Source: an uncultured Bradyrhizobium sp. (lineage in GTDB: Bacteria; Pseudomonadota; Alphaproteobacteria; Rhizobiales; Xanthobacteraceae). Taken from it: a stretch of DNA of 64,000 nt. Numbering within the stretch: the first letter of the stretch is position 1; the number at the start of each line of letters is the position of its first letter. A model generated the notes under the pieces. That model saw only the letters and a program-made list of their open reading frames with translations, was not told where the DNA came from and did no database searches. Below, in pieces: positions 18,510-27,460 of the stretch. Made by a program: the position numbers and the translations under genes. Location of the stretch: positions 15,528-79,527 of the forward strand of contig NZ_CAXUNQ010000018.1 of the NCBI RefSeq assembly GCF_964252615.1, given 5' to 3'.

Positions 18510-19786
18510 CGATCGCGGTGTTCACCTTCTCGCTGCTCGGCGCCATGGCGCTGGGCATGCCGATCGCGTTCGCGCTGATCATCTGCGGCGTGGCGCTGAT
18601 GGGCGCCATCGGAATGTTCGATGCCCAGATCGTGGCGCAGAACGTCATCAACGGCGCCGACAGTTTTCCGCTGATGGCGATCCCGTTCTTCATGCTGGCC
18701 GGCGAGCTGATGAACAAGGGCGGCCTGGCGAAACGCATCGTCAACGTCGCCCTGGTCGCCGTCGGTCATCTTCGCGGCGGGCTCGGCTACGTCACCATCC
18801 TGGCGTCCTGCATCCTGGCCTCGCTGTCCGGCTCGGCCGCCGCCGATGCCGCCGCGCTGGCGGCGCTGCTGGTGCCGATGATGGTGGCCGCCGGCCACGA
18901 CAAATCCCATGCGGCGGGCCTCGTCGCCGCCGGCGGCATCATCGCGCCGGTGATCCCGCCCAGCATCGGTTTTGTCATCTTCGGCGTGGCCGCGGGGGTC
19001 TCGATCTCGAAACTGTTCCTCGCCGGCATCGTTCCGGGCCTGATGCTCGGCGCCGGCCTGTGCGTGTCCTGGTGGTGGGTGGTGCGCAAGGAAAACCTGG
19101 TGCCGCCGCCGCGGGCGTCCTTGGCCGAAATGGCCAGGGCGGTGATCGACGGGTTCTGGGCGCTGATGCTGCCGGTCATCATCGTCGCAGGCCTGCGCTT
19201 CGGCATCTTCACGCCGACCGAAGCCGCGGTGGTGGTCGCGGTCTATTCGCTGTTGGTGGCGACCTGCGTCTATCGCGAACTGAAGTTCTCGCAGCTATAT
19301 GAGGTTTTCGTCTCCGCCGCGCTGACCACCAGCATCGTGATGTTCCTGGTGGCGGCGGCGCTGGTGTCGTCCTGGCTGATCACGGTATCCGAGATATCGG
19401 CCCAGATCGTCACCTTGCTGAAACCGTTCATGGGCAGCAGCACGCTGCTGATGGTCGCGATCATGATCATCGTCGTCATCGTCGGCACCGCGCTCGACAT
19501 GACGCCGACGATCCTGATCCTGACCCCGATCCTGATGCCGATCGTCAAGACCGCGGGCATCGATCCGGTGTATTTCGGCGTGCTGTTCATCATCAACAAC
19601 GCGATCGGCCTGATCACGCCGCCGGTGGGGGTGGTGCTCAACGTCGTCTGCGGGGTCACCGGCATCAGCATGGAGCAGATCATCAAGGGCGTCTGGCCGT
19701 TCATGATCGCGCAACTGGTCGTGCTGTTCCTGATGGTGATTTTTCCCGGGCTGGTGACGGTTCCGGCGAAGTGGTTCGGGGGCTAG
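18506..19786 (+). CDS. dctM: TRAP transporter large permease
   Basis: Starts at in-frame ATG 18506 of ORF 18050..19786. MTIAVFTFSLLGAMALGMPIAFAL..PFFMLAGELMN.. is typical DctM. Confidence 0.9.
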   Translation: MTIAVFTFSLLGAMALGMPIAFALIICGVALMGAIGMFDAQIVAQNVINGADSFPLMAIPFFMLAGELMNKGGLAKRIVNVALVAVGHLRGGLGYVTILASCILASLSGSAAADAAALAALLVPMMVAAGHDKSHAAGLVAAGGIIAPVIPPSIGFVIFGVAAGVSISKLFLAGIVPGLMLGAGLCVSWWWVVRKENLVPPPRASLAEMARAVIDGFWALMLPVIIVAGLRFGIFTPTEAAVVVAVYSLLVATCVYRELKFSQLYEVFVSAALTTSIVMFLVAAALVSSWLITVSEISAQIVTLLKPFMGSSTLLMVAIMIIVVIVGTALDMTPTILILTPILMPIVKTAGIDPVYFGVLFIINNAIGLITPPVGVVLNVVCGVTGISMEQIIKGVWPFMIAQLVVLFLMVIFPGLVTVPAKWFGG

Positions 19787-19895
19787 CGCGTGACGAGTTC
19801 AAGCCAACCGCGCGCGCACGGCGAAAACAATCCGTCGTCGCCGCGAAGACGGGGACGGCGTTTGTGGAGCTGCATCGCTATAAGAGGGAGCCAGC

Positions 19896-20390
19896 ATGGC
19901 CGCCAGCATCATGATCCTGAACGGGCCGAACCTGAATTTCCTCGGCATCCGCGAACCGCATATCTACGGCTCGACCACGCTTGCACAAATCGAGGCGAGC
20001 TGCCGGGCGGCGGCCAGGCTGCTCGGCGTCTCGATGTCCTTCCACCAGTCCAACCTGGAAGGCGAACTGGTCAACCTGATCCAGTCGGCGCACGGCACGG
20101 CCGACGCCATCATCATGAACCCCGCGGCCTATTCGTTCACGTCGATCGCGCTGATCGACGCGCTGAAGATCTTCGAAGGGCCGAAGATCGAGGTCCATAT
20201 TTCCAACATCCACGCGCGCGACGACCTGCACCGGCATTCGATCACCTCGAGCGCTTCCACCGCCGTGATCTGCGGCCTCGGACCTTACGGATACATCGCC
20301 GCCATGCTGGCGGCCGTGCAGCGGCTGGGCAGGCTGCCGGATCAGGTTCCGGCGGCGCTGCACGGCCTGCGGCCTGGCGGCAAGGCCTGA
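19896..20390 (+). CDS. aroQ: type II 3-dehydroquinate dehydratase
   Basis: 164 aa. Motifs: ILNGPNLNFLGIREPHIYG, FHQSNLEGELV, IIMNPAAYSFTSIALIDAL, EVHISNIHAR. Confidence 0.92.
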   Translation: MAASIMILNGPNLNFLGIREPHIYGSTTLAQIEASCRAAARLLGVSMSFHQSNLEGELVNLIQSAHGTADAIIMNPAAYSFTSIALIDALKIFEGPKIEVHISNIHARDDLHRHSITSSASTAVICGLGPYGYIAAMLAAVQRLGRLPDQVPAALHGLRPGGKA

Positions 20391-20428
20391 GCCGATTCAT
20401 GGAGGCCGCAACCACCGCCATCAGGTTG

Positions 20429-20718
20429 GTCATGCCCGGCACGCGTTCCCCGGACGCAGCGCAGCGCGTAGCCCTTGCGGAGCGGTGCGCTGCAGAGCCG
20501 GGGTCCCGGTTCTGCGAAGCGGCATGAAGAATGCCGCATCGCGCCCGGGACACGGGGAGGTCGTCATGGCCGGGCTTGACCCTACTGGATCATACGCGGG
20601 TCAAGCCCGCGTATGACGAGATGCGTGAATGCAGCAGGGCCTGTCCCGGATCCACGTCTTCAAGGCGCGGAAGCAGGATAAAGACGTGGATGGCCGGGAT
20701 GACGCCCGGCCATGACGG
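20429..20718. repeat. composite REP cluster (family D about 120-nt element + three family B cores)
   Basis: 20441-20582 is the reverse complement of 51556-51770, apart from an internal expansion in the latter. Family B cores lie at 20560-20582, 20587-20620 and 20686-20718. Confidence 0.75.
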
Positions 20719-20742
20719 AAATGTTTGCAGAGGAGAAGCGAG

Positions 20743-21486
20743 ATGCGCGGCGCGGGTTTCCTGGCGATCTGGAGCGACGTCGAACCGGCGGCGCTGACCG
20801 ACTACCGGCACTGGCTGACGCGCGAGCACACCACCGAACGCGTGACCACCAGGGGCTTCCTCGCCGTCCGTGTGTTCGGCGCCGCGCGCGCCGGCACCAA
20901 TCGCTTCTTCATCCTCTACGAGCTGGAATCCCCCGAGGTGCTCGACGGCGAAGCCTACCTGGCGCGCCTCAACGCGCCGACGCCCTGGTCGCAGCGCATC
21001 ATGCCGCAGCTCGGCAACTTCATCCGCGGCGGCGGTGTCATGGCCGCCCGCGCCGGCCGCGGCGAGGCCGCCACCATCGCAGCGTTGCGGCTCGAACAGC
21101 TCCCCGACGCGCCGCAAGCGCTGGCCGACGCCTTGGTCGCGCTGGACGGGATTGCCGCGGTGCAGGTCGGGGTCACCGACGCGGCGCGGACCCAGGTGCC
21201 GACGGTGGAAAAGGGCATGCGGCAGCAGGAGGGGTTCTTTACCGGGCTCCTGATCATCGAGGCGCTGGACGAGACCTCGCTGCACGGCGCGCTGCGCGCG
21301 GCGGCGGAAATCGCGCCGCAAGCCGTGCCGGGAGGCGAGGCGGAGGTCTACCGTGGGGTGTTTGGGCTGGATGGGCGGATGGTGGATTCACCGACGTCGC
21401 TCCAACGGGGCCGGATGAGCTCTTCGGTGACGAACTGGCCACGCGTCTCTTCTCGACAATCGAATCGATCAACACCAGCGCGGTAG
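20743..21486 (+). CDS. hypothetical protein, tandem dimeric alpha/beta-barrel (DUF4286/EthD-like) fold suspected
   Basis: Starts at ATG 20743 in ORF 20725... FLAIWSDVEPAALTDYRHWLTREHTTERVTTRGFLAVRVF..FFILYELESPEVL resembles ferredoxin-like Dabb (dimeric alpha/beta-barrel) domains. The last about 35 residues look non-native. Confidence 0.5.
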   Translation: MRGAGFLAIWSDVEPAALTDYRHWLTREHTTERVTTRGFLAVRVFGAARAGTNRFFILYELESPEVLDGEAYLARLNAPTPWSQRIMPQLGNFIRGGGVMAARAGRGEAATIAALRLEQLPDAPQALADALVALDGIAAVQVGVTDAARTQVPTVEKGMRQQEGFFTGLLIIEALDETSLHGALRAAAEIAPQAVPGGEAEVYRGVFGLDGRMVDSPTSLQRGRMSSSVTNWPRVSSRQSNRSTPAR

Positions 21487-21602
21487 GCTAAATGCCTATT
21501 TCCTTCGGCGACAGACTTTTCGGCCGCATGACAACTCCGCGGCCCATCCATGGCAGTCGTGTTTTTCGCCGCCCCCACGCCCTGCCACACCTTCGCCACG
21601 AC

Positions 21603-22016
21603 TTTGCCGCAAGAAATTTGCGCGATCGGCTTTGCCGCCAGTTTGCCGCAAGACTCGTCGGCGCAGGTCATGGTCGACTTGGCGAAATTATGGCGGCGCG
21701 GGCTTAAGCTATTGATGTCGTGTTCGATTTGACGCCGCCGGTGCGGCGCTGGGCGCCCTGCGCCGCGGCGAATGCCGCATAAGTGCTTGTCGGGGCACAG
21801 GATTTTGTGCGCGACGTGAGGCGGGGTCGCCATGCGGCTCAAGCGCTTGAGGTCATGCGCTTTTTTGCCTTGGCCGCGTGCGGGGCGGCGCGGCTGCCTT
21901 CAGTTCGCCGCAACGTGCCTGAAGTTTGCCGCAAGACTCGGCATTTTGCGCTAAGTGCTGCCGCCACATTTCGGAGTGCAAAGATTAAACCGTTGATTTA
22001 AATTCAGATTTGCCGC
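21603..22016. repeat. cluster of TTTGCCGC(AAGACTCG) motifs in an ORF-poor convergent intergenic region
   Basis: An exact 17-mer GTTTGCCGCAAGACTCG occurs at 21641-21657 and 21924-21940. Shorter copies lie at 21603, 21631 and 22009, with a variant (GTTCGCCGCAA) at 21903. Confidence 0.6.
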
Positions 22017-22050
22017 GCTAAACGGGCCAAGTCCGAGACGTAATTTCGGT

Positions 22051-23550
22051 TCAGTCCACCACGATCTTGACCCGGTCTCGCGCCTTCACTTGCCCGTGCG
22101 CGTCCAGCCCGTTGAGCACCCGGAACCGTTCGGCCGGCCGGTCGATGCCCATCATCCGGTGCGACAGCGACTCCACGGTGTCGCCGGGCTGCACGGTGAT
22201 CACCTTGATGCGCAGCGGGCGGGCGGCCTGGATTTCCTCCAGCGTCAGGCGGCGGAACGAGGCGATGGTTTCGCGGGCGTTGCGGTCGCTCTCGGTGGTC
22301 TTCTGCTTGGCCGCGAAGATGAAACGGTAGACGTCGCTGCCGAAGCGCAGCGCGTAGACGCGGAATTGCCACTGGTCGCCGCGCGCCACCGCGGTCGCGG
22401 CCGGAAAGCCGTTGACGGTGATGTCCTCGGTCGAGGCCTTGTCGACATTCTCCATCCAGCCCGAATTGAGATAGTCGCCCAGCGTCTGCTCGGCCGGCAC
22501 CCGGACCACGTCGAAGCGCATCGCCTGGCTGCCGCCGTCGCGCACGCCGATCACCGCCTGCGCGGTGTTGTCCAGCGTGAAGGCCTCCGGGGCCTGGAAG
22601 GTGAAGCCGAGCTTCGGATGCAGGAAGCGGCGGCCGCGCACGAAGCCCTCGCTGGGGTCTTCGCCGTAGACGATGTTGTCGATCGCATTCAGGTAGGTTT
22701 CGCGGTCCTGCTCGCCGCTCTGCGGCGCGCTGTATTGCCGCGCATTGGCCTGCGCGTTCTGCACCCGCTCCGGCGTTGCCGGATGCGATGACAGAAAGTC
22801 CTGCGAGCGTGGATCAAGTGAGGTCTTGCCGGCCTTCATCGCGGCGTTGCGTTCCATCGCGGTCAGGAAGCGCGAGGCGCCGTAGGGATCGAAACGCGCG
22901 CGGGCCGAAATGCCGACGCCGATGCCGTCGGCTTCGAATTCCTGGGCGCGCGAAAAGCTCGCCATAGTCAGCTTGGATTTTGCCAGCGCCAGCGCGGTGA
23001 GATCGGGATCGTTGCCCATATCCGTGACGACGCGCGTGACGATGGCGGCCTGCCGCGCCTGGTCCTCGCGGATCGAGGCGTGTTTTGCGAGCACATGCGC
23101 CATCTCGTGGCTCAGCACCGAGGACAATTCCGAGGTATCGCTCGCCAGCGCCACCAGCCCCCGCGTCACATAAAGCTGCCCGGTCGGAAGCGCGAATGCG
23201 TTCACCGCGCCTGAATTGAGGATCGTCACCCTGTAGGCGAGGTCGGGACGGTCGGACGCCGCCACCAGCCGGTCGACGGTCTTGGTGATCAGCGCTTCCA
23301 GCCTGGGGTCGTCATACGCGCCGCCGTAAGAGGACAGGATCCGCTCATGCTCGCGCTCGGCGGCGGGCGTCTGCGCCACCGTCCGCGCCGGCTTGGCCGC
23401 AGGAGGCGCGGCCGGAGACGACGTCTGGAACCGGTTGATATCGCCGCAGCCGGCAAGCGTCGCGGTTGCGCACAGCACGACCGACACAGCCAAACCACGG
23501 CGGCTGATCCAGGTCTGGCGCCGTCGCAAACACCGTTTTGCGGTCGTCAT
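22051..23550 (-). CDS. M48-family zinc metalloprotease lipoprotein with C-terminal LysM domain
   Basis: Trimmed to ATG 23550, giving the lipobox ..ATATLAGC. HEMAHV zinc motif. The C-terminal IKVITVQPGDTVESLSHRM..RVLNGL..VKARDRVKIV is LysM. Confidence 0.85.
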   Translation of the reverse strand: MTTAKRCLRRRQTWISRRGLAVSVVLCATATLAGCGDINRFQTSSPAAPPAAKPARTVAQTPAAEREHERILSSYGGAYDDPRLEALITKTVDRLVAASDRPDLAYRVTILNSGAVNAFALPTGQLYVTRGLVALASDTSELSSVLSHEMAHVLAKHASIREDQARQAAIVTRVVTDMGNDPDLTALALAKSKLTMASFSRAQEFEADGIGVGISARARFDPYGASRFLTAMERNAAMKAGKTSLDPRSQDFLSSHPATPERVQNAQANARQYSAPQSGEQDRETYLNAIDNIVYGEDPSEGFVRGRRFLHPKLGFTFQAPEAFTLDNTAQAVIGVRDGGSQAMRFDVVRVPAEQTLGDYLNSGWMENVDKASTEDITVNGFPAATAVARGDQWQFRVYALRFGSDVYRFIFAAKQKTTESDRNARETIASFRRLTLEEIQAARPLRIKVITVQPGDTVESLSHRMMGIDRPAERFRVLNGLDAHGQVKARDRVKIVVD

Positions 23551-23569
23551 CTGCCTCTGCCCAGCCGCC

Positions 23570-24364
23570 CTAATTCTCGCCGGCCAATTCAATTTGCCCC
23601 GGCGTGCGCGCATCAATCCGCGGCCCGCCACGCGACTCGACCCAGCCGCGAACACGAATTCTTTTGTTTTCCAAGGCTTTAAGACTTATTCCCACAGCCT
23701 CGAAGGTCGGCATCACGCGCCTTGAAATAGTTACAGCAAAGTCCTGTGTCCAGCGCCTGCCAAAATTGATGTAGGACGTCGCCCCGGCCTGCCTCACCGA
23801 CAGAACCTTGCCTTCGACCACGGTAAACCGCCCGATCCTGGTCAGGATATCGCCGGGGCTTTCTGCGTTTTTTATGACCTCCGTGTCGGCCCAAACGCCG
23901 CGTTTAGCCCGCCGCGCGGCGGTTTCGGCCGCGGCCAGTTCCGCGGCGCACGCCATGTCGGCGACGGTGCCCGACACCAGCGCCTCGCCCTGCGCCAGCA
24001 GCAGGCCCTGCACCGATGCGCCGCCGGCATCGGCAAACACGAAAGCGGGCTGCCGGCCGTAGCGGTCCGGAGCATCGGTCTCGCCGCGCAACACCACGCC
24101 GCGACCGGCAACCAGCGCCGACAGCGCCGGGGTGCCGTCGGCTTTGCCCGCGGCGTCTGCGGTTTCGATGCCGGCCAGATGCACCTCGCGGCCATCCTCC
24201 ATGCGAAAGCTGCGGGCATCGATGACCGCCGCGACACGGCCTTCGCCTTGCGCCTCGAAGTTGCAGGCTGACGCGAATGCAAGGTTCGCGTTTGCGGCGG
24301 CGAATGCGATCACGCAAAGCAAAACGGTCGCGGCCCGGCCATCGATGTTCTTCGATTCCGCCAT
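23570..24364 (-). CDS. thermonuclease (staphylococcal nuclease-like) family protein
   Basis: Trimmed to ATG 24364, which has a signal peptide. ..VHLAGIE..DRYGRQPAFVF..GLLLAQGEALV..AETAARRAKRGVW matches the SNase-like pattern, followed by a C-terminal OB-like extension. Confidence 0.7.
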   Translation of the reverse strand: MAESKNIDGRAATVLLCVIAFAAANANLAFASACNFEAQGEGRVAAVIDARSFRMEDGREVHLAGIETADAAGKADGTPALSALVAGRGVVLRGETDAPDRYGRQPAFVFADAGGASVQGLLLAQGEALVSGTVADMACAAELAAAETAARRAKRGVWADTEVIKNAESPGDILTRIGRFTVVEGKVLSVRQAGATSYINFGRRWTQDFAVTISRRVMPTFEAVGISLKALENKRIRVRGWVESRGGPRIDARTPGQIELAGEN

Positions 24365-24570
24365 TCCGGAATGCGCCCTCTTGGATGCCTTGAATCCAGC
24401 ACCGTGACTTGCCCTGGATTCCGGCGCATGACTATGACGCAATCGTAGCCCTGCGCATTCCGTTTTGCGGAAATAACCGTCGGCTTGCCGCTGGATGGCG
24501 GTTGCGGCATGATCGCCGTCACATAAGAAAACGCCGCGCGACAACGATGCGGCATGGACGGGAGGGTGCG

Positions 24571-25776
24571 ATGAAGCGAATTGCGTCTGGATTACTGGCG
24601 TCGGTGATGGTCGTCGCGGCCACGGCGGCAATGGCGCAAACCAAACCTGCATTAAAACTCGGCGCCATTCTCGACATGTCCGGACTGTACGCCGACATTA
24701 CCGGACCGGGCAGCGAGACCGCGGCGAAGATGGCGGCGGAGGATTTCGGCGGCGAGGTGCTGGGCCGCAAAATCGAGATCATCGCGGCGGACCATCTCAA
24801 CAAGGCCGATCTTTCCGCCAATATCGCCCGCGACATGCTCGACAATCAGGGCGTCGAGGCCATTGTCGACGTCGCGGCCTCCGCCACCGCGCTGGCCGCC
24901 GGCGAGATCGCCAAAGCGCGCAACAAGATCATCATGTTCAGCGGCCCGGGATCGATCCGCCTCACCAACGAGGCCTGCGGACCCTACACCGTGCATTATG
25001 TGTTCGACACGTTCGCGCAGGCGAATACGACCGGTTACGCGGCGGTCAAGGCCGGGCTCGACACCTGGTTCTTCCTGACCGCCGACTATGCGTTCGGACA
25101 GGACCTGGAAAAGGACACCACCAACGTCGTGCTGAAGGCCGGCGGCAAGGTGCTGGGCAGCGTCAAGCATCCATTGAACACGTCCGATTTTTCGTCCTTC
25201 CTGCTGCAGGCGCAAGGCTCTAAAGCCAAAGTGGTCGGTCTCGCCAATGCCGGCGGTGACACCATCAACGCCATCAAGCAGGCGTCCGAATTCGGACTGA
25301 CCAAAAGCGGCCAGAAACTGTCGCCGCTATTGGCGTTCGTGACCGATATCGACAGCGTCGGGCTTGAGACCGCGCAGGGCCTGCTGCTGGCCGAGGCGTT
25401 CTACTGGGATCTCAATGACGACACCCGCGCCTTCTCCAAGCGCTTCATGGAGCGGGTCAAGCGCGTGCCGACGTCGGCGCAGGCCGGGGTCTACTCGTCC
25501 GTCACGCATTACCTCAGGGCCGTGAAAGCCGCCGGCACCACCGATTCCGCCGCCGTGATGAAGATCATGAAGGACACGCCGATCAACGATTTCTTCGCCA
25601 ACAACGGCAGGATTCGCGAGGACGGCCGCATGGTGCACGACATGTATCTGTTCGAGGTCAAGAAGCCCTCGGAATCCAAGGCGCGCTGGGACGATTACAG
25701 GCTGGTTGCCACCGTGCCCGGCAACGAAGCCTTCCAGTCGCTGGAACTGTCGCGCTGCCCGCTGGTGAAGAAGTGA
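24571..25776 (+). CDS. ABC transporter substrate-binding protein, LivJ/branched-chain amino acid-binding type (orphan)
   Basis: Starts at ATG 24571 after GGAGGG. Has a signal peptide, then LKLGAILDMSGLYADITGPGSETAAKMAAEDFGG.. There is no cognate permease or ATPase nearby. Confidence 0.85.
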   Translation: MKRIASGLLASVMVVAATAAMAQTKPALKLGAILDMSGLYADITGPGSETAAKMAAEDFGGEVLGRKIEIIAADHLNKADLSANIARDMLDNQGVEAIVDVAASATALAAGEIAKARNKIIMFSGPGSIRLTNEACGPYTVHYVFDTFAQANTTGYAAVKAGLDTWFFLTADYAFGQDLEKDTTNVVLKAGGKVLGSVKHPLNTSDFSSFLLQAQGSKAKVVGLANAGGDTINAIKQASEFGLTKSGQKLSPLLAFVTDIDSVGLETAQGLLLAEAFYWDLNDDTRAFSKRFMERVKRVPTSAQAGVYSSVTHYLRAVKAAGTTDSAAVMKIMKDTPINDFFANNGRIREDGRMVHDMYLFEVKKPSESKARWDDYRLVATVPGNEAFQSLELSRCPLVKK

Positions 25777-25845
25777 CGCTTCGTCGCAAAGGTTCCCTGC
25801 AATGACGGCTTCGGCAAAACGACGAAAACAAAAGGCAACATCCCG

Positions 25846-26634
25846 ATGAACGACATGGTCCTGCAATCCCTCGACAACGGCCTGCTTACCATCACCATGA
25901 ACCGACCGGATCGGCGCAACGCACTCAATCCGGAGATGACACGCGGTCTGGTCGAAGCGGCACGGCGCGCGGCGGAGGATCATGAGGTGCGCGCGGTTCT
26001 GCTCAAGGGCGCCGGCGGCACGTTCTGCGTCGGCGGCGACGTGAAATCGATGGCGGAGGGACGCGCGCCGCTGCCGTTCGAGGCCAAGAAAGCGAACCTG
26101 CGGCGCGGCATGGAAGTCTCCCGCATCCTGCACGAGATGCCGAAGCCGGTGGTGGCACAGGTCGACGGCGCCGCGGCGGGCGCGGGCCTTTCGATCGCGC
26201 TGGCCTGCGACCTCCGCGTTGCCAGCGCGTCCGCCAAGATCACCACCGCGTTCGCAAAAGTCGGACTGTCCGGCGACTACGGCGGCACCTATTTTCTGAC
26301 CCATCTGCTCGGCAGCGCCAAGGCGCGCGAGCTCTATCTGATGTCGCCGGTGCTGACCGCGCAGGAAGCGCTGGCGCTCGGAATCGTCACCAAAGTGGTT
26401 CCCGATGCGGAAGTCGAGGCGGCGGCGCAGGAACTTGCGATGTCGCTGGCGCGGGGTCCGACGGTAACGCTGGGCTATATCAAGACCAACATCAACAACG
26501 CCGAACGCCTGTCGCTGGAAGCGTGCTTCGATGCGGAAGCGATGCATCACTCGCGCTCCGGCGACACTGCCGATCACAAGGAAGCTGCAAAGGCCTTTGT
26601 GGAGAAGCGCAAGCCTGCCTTCGTGGGTCATTGA
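25846..26634 (+). CDS. enoyl-CoA hydratase/isomerase family protein
   Basis: 262 aa. Motifs: ITMNRPDRRNAL, FCVGGDVK, AQVDGAAAGAGLSIALACDLRVA. Confidence 0.9.
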   Translation: MNDMVLQSLDNGLLTITMNRPDRRNALNPEMTRGLVEAARRAAEDHEVRAVLLKGAGGTFCVGGDVKSMAEGRAPLPFEAKKANLRRGMEVSRILHEMPKPVVAQVDGAAAGAGLSIALACDLRVASASAKITTAFAKVGLSGDYGGTYFLTHLLGSAKARELYLMSPVLTAQEALALGIVTKVVPDAEVEAAAQELAMSLARGPTVTLGYIKTNINNAERLSLEACFDAEAMHHSRSGDTADHKEAAKAFVEKRKPAFVGH

Positions 26635-26635
26635 G

Positions 26636-27400
26636 GTGGCGCCCTATCTACGGCTGCGGCAAATCTGCCTGGTGGCGCCGCAGCTTGCGCCGGTAATCTC
26701 GGACATTAGCTCAATCATGGGCCTCAACGTCTGCTATCGCGACGGCAATGTGGCTAAGTACGGGCTGGAGAACGCACTGCTGCCGGTCGACACGATCCTG
26801 CTGGAAGTGGTGGCACCGTTGCAGCCCGGCACCGCGGCGGGACGCTTCATGGACAAGACCCTGGGGCGCGGCGGCTACATGGCGATTTTCTGCTGCGACG
26901 ATCCGGATGAACGCGGGCGCGCCGCCAATGCGATGGGCGTGCGCACCGCCAACGTGATCGACCATCCCCCGTATCACGGCGTGCAGTTGCATCCGCGCGA
27001 TTGCCGCGCCGCCTTTATCGAGTTCAATCACACCGGCGGCAGCGACGATATGCTTGGACCCTACCCGCCGGCGGGCCCGGACTGGCAAAAGTCGATCCGC
27101 AAGGATGTGACGCAGGCGCTGGTCAGCGTGGAGATGGAAAGCCCCGAGCCGGAGGAGCTTGCCGCGCATTGGGGGCAAATCATCGGAATTCCCGCAGTCA
27201 AAGGCAGCAGCGGCGAAACCCAGATCGTACTGCCCAATTGCACGTTCAGCTTTGTCAAAGGCTTCCGCGAGATCATGGGCGCTCTGACGTTTCGGGTCGG
27301 CGACGTCGCCAAGGTGGGCGATGCCGCCAGGGCCAAGGGCCATACGGTCGCCGGCGACTCGTTTTTCCTCGGCGGCGTCACCTTCCTGCTCACGTCGTGA
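26636..27400 (+). CDS. VOC (glyoxalase/dioxygenase-fold) family protein
   Basis: GTG 26636 lies 1 nt after the upstream stop, and the N-terminus LRQICLVAPQLAPVISDI looks like a VOC beta-strand. The family call is moderate and the start is uncertain. Confidence 0.55.
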   Translation: MAPYLRLRQICLVAPQLAPVISDISSIMGLNVCYRDGNVAKYGLENALLPVDTILLEVVAPLQPGTAAGRFMDKTLGRGGYMAIFCCDDPDERGRAANAMGVRTANVIDHPPYHGVQLHPRDCRAAFIEFNHTGGSDDMLGPYPPAGPDWQKSIRKDVTQALVSVEMESPEPEELAAHWGQIIGIPAVKGSSGETQIVLPNCTFSFVKGFREIMGALTFRVGDVAKVGDAARAKGHTVAGDSFFLGGVTFLLTS

Positions 27401-27460
27401 ATGTTGACCGCGCGCCGCGCGGGCGTTCGAACCAATAACGATAAACCAGGACCGCTCTGA

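Noticed and set aside
21980-22005. CtrA-box-like TTAA...TTAA motif.
   Set aside because: The spacing is 9 nt, not the canonical TTAA-N7-TTAA.
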